NCBI GenBank assembly: GCA_903857665.1
Contig: CAIOFV010000159.1
Location: 1,894 to 65,893, forward strand
Direction of reading: 5' to 3'
Source: an uncultured Myxococcales bacterium
Lineage (GTDB): Bacteria > Myxococcota_A > UBA9042 > DTJE01
Length of the DNA stretch: 64,000 nt
Of the stretch, positions 57,963 to 64,000 are shown in pieces. The notes under the pieces are model-generated. The model had not been told where the DNA came from. It did not search any database and saw only the letters and a program-made list of their open reading frames with translations. The position numbers and the translations under genes are program-made. How positions within the stretch are numbered: position 1 is the first letter of the stretch; the number at the start of each line of letters is the position of its first letter.

Positions 57963-58937
57963 CTACGGGAATTCCCGGAAACTGGACGCCTGTCCCGACA
58001 GCATCAGCACGACCCGCAACGACAGCCCGCCGATCAGCACCAGCACCGGGGTCAGCATCGCCAGCGGCAGGCGCCGCCGGATCTCGACGGCCTCCAGGGC
58101 CAGCGGCACGCCCAGGCCCGTCACCACCACCAGCGACCAGAACGGCGCGGCCCACGGTCCCGAGGTCAGGTGCCAGAACGCGTGCTGCGACGTCCGGTCC
58201 CCGGTGGCGAACCCGACCAGCAGCACCCCGATCAGCACCAGCTCCGCGACGATCGCCCCGACGTCCCAGCGCACCACCGCGTGGCGCTCGTGCTCGTCCA
58301 GCCCCAGCAGCAGCAGCAGCGCCGCGCCGGTGGACATCCCCGACGTCAGGAACAGCGGGCCCAGGATCGCCGAGTTCCACTGCGGCCGCGCCGCCATGGC
58401 ACCCAGCAGGATGCCGGTGTAGATGCCCAGCCCGGCGCCCACCACCACGCCCGCCCACAGCAGCGGCCGCCGCAGGGCATCCGCACGCCCCAGCAGGCAC
58501 ATCAAGAGCGAGGTGAGGCGAACCCGACCCGCCGACGCGAGCAGCCGCGCCCTCTCACCCTCGGTCAGCCCGCCCAGGCCCAGCAGGATCGCCACCGGGT
58601 ACACCAGCAGCAGGATCCACGACCCCCACGACATCGGCGAGGTCGCCTCGAAGGCCAGGTAGAACCGGTACACGTGCAGCTTGAACGACAGGTCCAGGAA
58701 CAGCGCGCACATGCCCAGCGACAGCAGCGCGGCCGATAGCCACGGCGCCAGCCGCAGCGCCATCGACCGCGCCTTCGCGCCCGACAGCAGTTCCATCAGC
58801 GCCGGCAGGATCAGCACGCCGGCCGCCAGCCCGCCCAGGAACAGGTACACGGGGATTTCCCAGCCCCAGACCTGCAGCGACGGGTCGATCAGGGCGTTGT
58901 GCCGTCCGTGGACGACCTCCAGCATCGCGTCGTTCAT
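57963..58937 (-). CDS. psrC: NrfD/PsrC-family membrane anchor of a molybdopterin oxidoreductase
   Basis: 324 aa, 8-9 TM. N-terminus LEVVHGRHNALIDPSLQVWGWEIPVYLFLGGLAAG is typical of PsrC/NrfD. G7 tract as RBS. Confidence 0.8.
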   Translation of the reverse strand: MNDAMLEVVHGRHNALIDPSLQVWGWEIPVYLFLGGLAAGVLILPALMELLSGAKARSMALRLAPWLSAALLSLGMCALFLDLSFKLHVYRFYLAFEATSPMSWGSWILLLVYPVAILLGLGGLTEGERARLLASAGRVRLTSLLMCLLGRADALRRPLLWAGVVVGAGLGIYTGILLGAMAARPQWNSAILGPLFLTSGMSTGAALLLLLGLDEHERHAVVRWDVGAIVAELVLIGVLLVGFATGDRTSQHAFWHLTSGPWAAPFWSLVVVTGLGVPLALEAVEIRRRLPLAMLTPVLVLIGGLSLRVVLMLSGQASSFREFP

Positions 58938-58947
58938 CGCCCCCCCA

Positions 58948-59577
58948 TCACGTCAGGAAGAACACGTTCGGCTCGCACCCGGTTTCGGGATGCAGCACCT
59001 TCGACTTCCGCCCGCGCAGCAGCCGCGACACCTCCGACTCGGGGTCGTTCAGGTTGCCGAAGTGCAGGCAGAACGTCGGGCAGACCTCCACGCACGCGGG
59101 CTGCTTGCCGGCCTGGACCCGGTGCAGGCAGAACGTGCACTTGTCCACGTACCCGTCCGGGTGCGGGTAGCGCGAATCGTACGGGCAAGACGCGATGCAG
59201 GCCTTGCAGCCCGTGCACTTGTCGTGCGTGACCAGCACCGCGCCGCCGTCCTCGACGTGGCTGGCGCCGGTGGGGCACGCCGCGACGCACGGAGGCTTGG
59301 CGCAGTGGTTGCAGCGTTCGGACCGGTTTTCCGCCGACAGGTGCGGGAACCAGCCGCGGACCTCCTCGACCAGCCAGTCCCGGGAGTACCCGTCGGGCAC
59401 CGCGTTTTCGCCCTTGCAGGCCAGCACGCAGGCCTTGCAGGCGACGCACAGCCGGGTGTCCACGACCATCGCGTACCGTTTCTCCCTCCCGAGCGCGGAG
59501 GCGTAGGCGACGGGTTTGAGCAGGAAACTCTCGCCGGAGCGGGAGCCGCCTCGGGACGGTTCAATCTGTCCACTCAT
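58948..59577 (-). CDS. psrB: 4Fe-4S ferredoxin-type electron-transfer subunit (PsrB/DmsB-like)
   Basis: Four Cys clusters (CVACKAC, CNHCAKPPCVAAC, CTGCKACIASCP, CTFC). The ATG at 59577 overlaps the psrA stop, but a ~33-aa N-terminal extension before KRYAMVVD makes the exact start uncertain. Confidence 0.8.
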   Translation of the reverse strand: MSGQIEPSRGGSRSGESFLLKPVAYASALGREKRYAMVVDTRLCVACKACVLACKGENAVPDGYSRDWLVEEVRGWFPHLSAENRSERCNHCAKPPCVAACPTGASHVEDGGAVLVTHDKCTGCKACIASCPYDSRYPHPDGYVDKCTFCLHRVQAGKQPACVEVCPTFCLHFGNLNDPESEVSRLLRGRKSKVLHPETGCEPNVFFLT

Positions 59578-61781
59578 GCCCTCTCCACCCGCACGAAGTT
59601 CACGCTCATGCCGGTCCCCCCCATGATCGGGTCGGTCTTGATGCGCGTCACCAGGCGCGAATCGTCGGCACCACGGTTCCGTGCGTACCGCAGCCCCTTC
59701 GCGTCATGCCCGAAGCCGTGGACCATGAACACGCAGTCGGTCCGGATGCGCTGGGTCGCCTTCAGCCGGATCGGCTGGGACCGCACTCCGTCCTGGTTTA
59801 CCGCGACGACCGTCTCGCCATCCTTCAGGCCCAACTCCGCCGCCATCTGCGCGTTCAGCCACAGTTCGTTCTGGTTGAAGACCTCGGACAGGAACCGGTT
59901 GTTGGTGGTCCGCCCGAACGTGTGGGTCGGCGCGCGGCCGAACAGCAGCCGGAAGTGCCCCGTCGGCGGCTCCTCGGGCGGCGTGAACTGCGGGATCGGG
60001 TCGAACCCCGCATCCTTCAGCCTCTGCGAAAACAGTTCGATCTTCCCGGACGGCGTCGCGAACTTCGGCACCAGGCCGTCCTCGATCGTGGTGGGTCGGG
60101 GCTTCCCGATCACCACGCCGGTGGTCCGCAGCACGTCGCAGTCGTACCCCGCCGCGTGCACCCGCTGCATCGCGTATTCCATGCTGTCCTTCCACGGGAA
60201 GTAGTCGGACAGGCCCAGGCGCAGCGCGATTTCGCGGGCGATCCACCATCCGGGCTTGCTGTCGTACATCGGGGGAACCACTTCCTGCCGCACCGCCGCG
60301 AACGGCACCTTCCAGGGCGGGTTGTCGATGTCGTCGCACCGCTCCAGGTACGTCGCCTCGGGCAGCACGACGTCGGCCCAGCCCACGATTTCCGCGGGCA
60401 GCACGTCCACCACCGCGATGAAGTCCAGCGCCTGGATCGCCTCCTTGGTCCGTTCCGGCTGCGGCAGCGCCATCAGCAGGTTCGTGCCGTAGACCAGCCA
60501 CCCCTTGATGTCGTAGGAGGCCGTGCCCGGGATCGACGCCATGCACAGGCCGCTGGCCAGCACCTCGTCCGCCAGCGGGTACCCCTGGTCCTTCGGCCGG
60601 TCCGGCGGCGCCTTCGGGTGGCCCTGGTAGGCGGTGTACGGGTACGCCGGCAGCGCCATCTGCGACGGCACGAAGATCCCGCCGCGGCGCGCGTAGGAAC
60701 CCAGCAGCGCGTTGAGGATCGCGACCGCCCGGCTGCGCTGGGTGTCGTCGCCGTACCAGACCACGTGGCGCCCCGGGTGCACCAGCGACGCGGGCCGCCC
60801 GCCCGCCATCACCCGCGCCGTCTCCACGATCGTTTCCGGCGCGATGGTCGTCTGCGTGTACGCCCACTCGGGCGTCTTGTCCCGGACGTGCTCCTTCAAT
60901 TGGTCGAAACCGATGGCGTACTGGTCGATGTAGTCCTTGTCGTACAGCCCCTCGGCGATGATCACGTGCATCCACGCCAGCAGCAGCGCCAGGTCGGTGC
61001 CCGGCTTGATGGGCAGCCAGTATTTCGCCTTGCCCGCAGCGGTCGAGAAGCGCGGGTCCACCACGATCAGCGTCGCGCCGCGGTCGATGGCGGTGGCGAA
61101 CTCCTGCACCTGGGTGTTGTGCATGTTCTCGCCCAGGTGCGACCCGATCAGCGTGATCACGCGCGAGTTTTCCAGGTCCAGCACCTCCGGCGAACCCAGC
61201 GTCGAGCCGTACGTCAACTGGAAGCCGACCTCCCGGGGCCCGCGGCACTGGGCGTACGAGGGCGCCGCGATGTTCTTGGACCCGTAGGCCTTCAGCAGGT
61301 GCTTGAACCACGAGCCGCCGTACCCGTGCGAATACAGGGCCAGCGACTCGGGGCCGTACCGGTCCTTCAGGTTCAGCAGGCGCTGCGCGGTGAAGTCCAG
61401 CGCCTCCTCCCACGACACCTCCTCGAACACCTGCTCGCCGCGCTTCTCGCGACGCAGCATCGGGCGCTTGAGGCGATCCGGGTCGTACAGCAGGCCGGTG
61501 CCGCCGGTGCCGCGCGGGCACAGCCGGCCGCGGGACAGCGGGTGCGCGGGGTTGCCGGTGATCTTGGTCACGCGGCCGTCCTTCACGTGGGCCAGCACGC
61601 CGCACTTCCAGAAGCACAGTTCGCAGAACGTCGGCACCACGCGGTCGCCGTCGGTGCCCGGGTTCGCGACCGGGTCGTCGTCCAGGCCCCACCACCGCGT
61701 GGTGAGCCCCGACCCGACTGCCGCGGCGCCCGCCGTCGCGGCCCCGATCTTGATGAACTGCCTGCGCGTCACGCCGGACAT
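59574..61781 (-). CDS. psrA: Tat-exported molybdopterin (bis-MGD) oxidoreductase catalytic subunit, polysulfide/thiosulfate/tetrathionate-reductase (PsrA/PhsA)-like
   Basis: ATG 61781 lies 6 nt after AAGGAGG. Tat motif TRRQFIKIGAATAGAAAVGSG. N-terminal FeS motif CELCFWKCG...C. MopB superfamily. The 868-aa track ORF includes upstream non-coding codons. Confidence 0.85.
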   Translation of the reverse strand: MSGVTRRQFIKIGAATAGAAAVGSGLTTRWWGLDDDPVANPGTDGDRVVPTFCELCFWKCGVLAHVKDGRVTKITGNPAHPLSRGRLCPRGTGGTGLLYDPDRLKRPMLRREKRGEQVFEEVSWEEALDFTAQRLLNLKDRYGPESLALYSHGYGGSWFKHLLKAYGSKNIAAPSYAQCRGPREVGFQLTYGSTLGSPEVLDLENSRVITLIGSHLGENMHNTQVQEFATAIDRGATLIVVDPRFSTAAGKAKYWLPIKPGTDLALLLAWMHVIIAEGLYDKDYIDQYAIGFDQLKEHVRDKTPEWAYTQTTIAPETIVETARVMAGGRPASLVHPGRHVVWYGDDTQRSRAVAILNALLGSYARRGGIFVPSQMALPAYPYTAYQGHPKAPPDRPKDQGYPLADEVLASGLCMASIPGTASYDIKGWLVYGTNLLMALPQPERTKEAIQALDFIAVVDVLPAEIVGWADVVLPEATYLERCDDIDNPPWKVPFAAVRQEVVPPMYDSKPGWWIAREIALRLGLSDYFPWKDSMEYAMQRVHAAGYDCDVLRTTGVVIGKPRPTTIEDGLVPKFATPSGKIELFSQRLKDAGFDPIPQFTPPEEPPTGHFRLLFGRAPTHTFGRTTNNRFLSEVFNQNELWLNAQMAAELGLKDGETVVAVNQDGVRSQPIRLKATQRIRTDCVFMVHGFGHDAKGLRYARNRGADDSRLVTRIKTDPIMGGTGMSVNFVRVERA

Positions 61782-61798
61782 GAACGCCTCCTTGCCGG

Positions 61799-62122
61799 TC
61801 AGGCCCCCGTGACGAGGGCACAGGTCGATATGCAGTGCAGCAACTGCGTCGTCTGGGGCACCGCCAGCGAGTAGAACCGGAACCCCTGGGCGCGCCGCAC
61901 CGACACCAGGCCGTTCATCCGCAGGATCCCCAACTGCTGGGACAGCGCCGCCTGGGGCAGGTCCAGTTCCCGACCCAGGTCCCCGACCGACCGCTCGCCG
62001 TGGCAGCACAGGTGGGCGACGATCCTCAGCCTGGCGGGATGGCCCAGCGCCTTCAGCAGCCCGGCCGCCTTCTCCACCTTGCGTTCGTCGATCATCACGT
62101 GCCTGATCTTCGCGATGTCCAT
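61799..62122 (-). CDS. ArsR-family regulator with Cys pairs (BigR/SqrR-like candidate sulfane-sulfur sensor)
   Basis: ATG 62122 is directly preceded by a G9 tract. HTH LLKALGHPARLRIVAHLCCHGERSVGDLGRELDLPQAALSQQLGILRMNGLV. Cys pairs at HLCCHG and C-terminal HCISTC. It is the first gene of the psr/yeeE operon. Confidence 0.7.
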   Translation of the reverse strand: MDIAKIRHVMIDERKVEKAAGLLKALGHPARLRIVAHLCCHGERSVGDLGRELDLPQAALSQQLGILRMNGLVSVRRAQGFRFYSLAVPQTTQLLHCISTCALVTGA

Positions 62123-62165
62123 TGCCCCCCCCCGAACCGGCCGTTCCCGGCCGTCGGGTTGGACC

Positions 62166-62177
62166 ATATCCAGATAT
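62166..62177 (+). promoter_or_regulatory. AT-rich inverted repeat ATATCcaGATAT in the arsR/tauE divergent intergenic region (candidate operator)
   Basis: The only AT-rich palindrome in a GC-rich 130-bp divergent promoter region. HlyU/BigR-type ArsR regulators bind AT-rich palindromes. Confidence 0.3.
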
Positions 62178-62253
62178 CATGCTTTCTGCAAGTCTATTTC
62201 GAGGGCCAAAAATGGCTGGATCCCTCGCGCCCCTTTCCGCCTAGAATCCACCC

Positions 62254-63090
62254 ATGAGCCCGCTGGATTTCACGCTGGTCACGTTCGGCGTCGCGATGGT
62301 CGCCGGCTTCTTCGGGTCGCTGCTGGGCCTGGGCGGCGGGATGATCGTGACGCCGGTCCTGACCCTGGCCCTTGGGGTCGATATCCGCTACGCCATCGGC
62401 GCGTCGCTGGTGTCGGTGATCGCCACGTCCAGCGGCGCGGCGGCCGCGTATGTCCGCGAGCACAAGACCAACATGCGCGTGGCCATGTTCCTGGAGGTCG
62501 GCACGACGCTGGGGGCGATCAGCGGCGCCTGGCTTTCCACCCGCATCGACGCTCAATGGCTGTACCTGATCTTCGGCCTGGCGCTGGCGGGATCGGCCAT
62601 CGCGATGTTCCGCAAACGCCACGCCGCGGGCGGACCGGTCCCCGCGGATCCGACGGCCGACCGCCTGCGCCTGCACGGCGAATTCTACGACGAGTCGCTG
62701 CACCGCACGGTGGCCTACCGCGTGTCCGGCAGCCGGCCCGCGCTGGGACTGATGTACGTGGCGGGCGTGCTGAGCGGCCTGCTGGGCATCGGGTCGGGCG
62801 CGCTGAAGGTCCCCGCGATGGACCTCGCGATGCGTCTGCCGCTGAAGGTGTCGTCCGCGACCAGCAACTTCATGATCGGCGTCACCGCGGCGGCCAGCGC
62901 CTGCGTGTATTTCATGCGCGGCGACATCGTCCCGTTCATCGCGGGCCCGGTGGCCGCCGGTGTGCTGGTGGGCGCCACGATGGGCTCGCGCGTGATGGGG
63001 CGGCTGGACAACCGGCTGCTGCGCACCGTGTTCGTGATCGTGCTGATGATCGTTTCGGCGCAGATGATCCTGAAGGGGGCCCGGGGATGA
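62254..63090 (+). CDS. tauE: TSUP-family sulfite/organosulfonate exporter (TauE/SafE, DUF81)
   Basis: 278 aa, 8 TM with two GxxGxGGG-type repeats (SLLGLGGGMIV; GLLGIGSGAL). Confidence 0.8.
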   Translation: MSPLDFTLVTFGVAMVAGFFGSLLGLGGGMIVTPVLTLALGVDIRYAIGASLVSVIATSSGAAAAYVREHKTNMRVAMFLEVGTTLGAISGAWLSTRIDAQWLYLIFGLALAGSAIAMFRKRHAAGGPVPADPTADRLRLHGEFYDESLHRTVAYRVSGSRPALGLMYVAGVLSGLLGIGSGALKVPAMDLAMRLPLKVSSATSNFMIGVTAAASACVYFMRGDIVPFIAGPVAAGVLVGATMGSRVMGRLDNRLLRTVFVIVLMIVSAQMILKGARG

Positions 63091-63536
63091 GCGACGACCT
63101 TCAGACACTCCGCGTGGACGCGCCGGTCATCGACGCCCCGGTCATCGATCCCCGGGTGCGACGCCTGGAACTCGTGGTCAGCTGGGTGCTGCGCCTGGGC
63201 GTGGCGGCCAGCCTGACCCTCGTGGTCGCCGGCATGCTGATGACGTTCGCCCAGGCGCCCGCTCCCGGGTCGCCGGGTTCGGAGGCCGTCAACGCGAACG
63301 GCACGATCCTGACGCCCCCGCCCTCCCTGTCGAACCTGCCTCGCGACCTCGTCGCCGCCAGCGGGCCCGCCTGGGTGGCCCTGGGACTCATCATCCTGAT
63401 CCTGACGCCCGTGATGCGCGTGGCGGTTTCGGCGGTCGGGTTCGCGTTCCAGAAGGATCGCGTGTTCGTCGGGATCACCCTGGCCGTGCTGGCCGTGCTG
63501 ATCGCGTCGTTCCTGATGGGCCTGGCGGGCGGCTGA
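63087..63536 (+). CDS. DUF1634-like small membrane protein
   Basis: ATGA overlap with the tauE stop. 149 aa, 3 TM. Strong GC3 bias. Confidence 0.55.
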   Translation: MSDDLQTLRVDAPVIDAPVIDPRVRRLELVVSWVLRLGVAASLTLVVAGMLMTFAQAPAPGSPGSEAVNANGTILTPPPSLSNLPRDLVAASGPAWVALGLIILILTPVMRVAVSAVGFAFQKDRVFVGITLAVLAVLIASFLMGLAGG

Positions 63537-63579
63537 GGGTCGGATCGAGGCTGCAGGCGTCGATGGAAATCCCGTCCCG

Positions 63580-64000
63580 TCAGTGCGTGCGGCACACCAA
63601 CCCGGTGAACTCCGTAGGAACGTGCAGGTTCGTCAGGGTCCACAGGGCCGTACCTGTCCGCACGTCGAAGACCGTGATGCGCTTCTCGGGCCACCAGGCG
63701 CTGACGACCAGCAGATCGTCGTCGGTGACGGACAGACCCTGCACCCACGTGTCGTAGTCCTGCAGGTGGATCAGGGCGCCCTCGGTCCCATCGGGCATCC
63801 CGTACTGCTGGATCGTGTCGGTCGAATGCCAGGCCGCGAACACGGTGTCGCCCCGGACGTTCACCCGGGACGCGTTCACCGCGAAGTCCAGGGGCAGCGC
63901 GTTGCCGGCCACCGCGTCCTCGAAGCTGGCGTAGGCGCGCACGTGGAACCCACTGTCCTGAACCAGTACCACGAGGCCGCCGTTCCAGGACGCCACGCCG
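63580..64000 (-). CDS. hypothetical protein, C-terminal part (gene continues beyond window end)
   Basis: ORF is open to the window edge. GC3 bias. WxxV/FDxxTGxxW-like beta-propeller-type motifs. No start is visible. Confidence 0.4.
   Translation of the reverse strand, partial: GVASWNGGLVVLVQDSGFHVRAYASFEDAVAGNALPLDFAVNASRVNVRGDTVFAAWHSTDTIQQYGMPDGTEGALIHLQDYDTWVQGLSVTDDDLLVVSAWWPEKRITVFDVRTGTALWTLTNLHVPTEFTGLVCRTH

Noticed and set aside
59574-61781. Alternative identity of the molybdoenzyme as respiratory arsenate reductase ArrA, prompted by the two ArsR-family regulators.
   Set aside because: The sulfur-specific neighbours (YeeE/YedE, rhodanese, TauE) and the NrfD-type anchor fit Psr/Phs/Ttr better. 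I cannot exclude ArrA without a phylogeny.
1-64000. Search for CRISPR arrays, tRNA/rRNA genes, IS elements, integrases and phage genes.
   Set aside because: No regularly spaced direct repeats were seen. No tRNA-like cloverleaf-rich AT-poor islands, no transposase/integrase/recombinase-like translations, and no inverted terminal repeats. The window appears to be a chromosomal core/accessory mix without mobile elements.

Overview
This is a very high-GC window (roughly 70% GC by eye), and coding strand and frame are recognisable mainly by strong G/C bias at codon position 3. I see no rRNA, tRNA, CRISPR array, transposase or integrase. I call 46 protein-coding genes that tile almost the whole window. 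The longer ORFs in the six-frame track that are not among these are out-of-frame or antisense translations of real genes (Arg/Pro/Gly/Ala-rich low-complexity proteins). Gene content and signal-peptide style fit a Myxococcota-like deltaproteobacterium: many lipoproteins with an acidic P-D-rich linker after the lipobox Cys, MopE-type CNGxDDDCDG motifs, DUF1566, and BNR/Ycf48-like propellers. This lineage assignment is an inference from sequence features only.

Functional blocks, left to right:
1. A secreted purple-acid-phosphatase-like metallophosphoesterase.
2. A minus-strand operon of three lipoproteins: a C1 papain-like peptidase, a BNR/Ycf48-like beta-propeller, and a Cys-rich repeat protein.
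3. An orphan GIY-YIG (DUF123) gene.
4. A GlpT/UhpT-family organophosphate:Pi antiporter and a LacI regulator, followed by a tightly coupled myo-inositol catabolic operon (iolA/mmsA, a transaldolase-family gene, iolB, iolD, iolE, iolG, PfkB kinase). The operon lacks a recognisable iolJ aldolase.
5. A DUF1566 lipoprotein.
6. A minus-strand operon of a phosphate-porin-like outer-membrane protein, a 1277-aa PHP-domain lipoprotein and a CehA/McbA-like PHP phosphoesterase.
7. An EEP phosphatase, an SSF transporter, a GH38 alpha-mannosidase, and a convergent GH31 lipoprotein.
8. A divergent aromatic amino-acid operon (tyrA <-> aroG-type DAHP synthase, class-IV aminotransferase, pheA), with a convergent ilvA.
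9. Two further Cys-rich secreted repeat proteins, one of them MopE-like, plus a lipoprotein.
10. A CoA-transferase.
11. A sensor-less histidine kinase-receiver fusion followed by ArsR, a Tat-Rieske protein, a short cytochrome b and a ~12-heme cytochrome c.
12. A sulfur island: a BigR/SqrR-like ArsR regulator, Psr/Phs-type molybdopterin reductase ABC, a split YeeE/YedE transporter with a C-terminal rhodanese fusion, and divergent TauE/DUF1634.

Most worth a second look:
- The HK-REC / ArsR / Rieske / cytochrome b / dodecaheme-c module, which I cannot match to a canonical complex.
- The porin / giant PHP lipoprotein / CehA operon.
- The iol cluster with a transaldolase (FSA)-family gene where iolJ should be and an organophosphate antiporter where an inositol permease should be.
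- The YeeE-rhodanese fusion within the Psr sulfur island.
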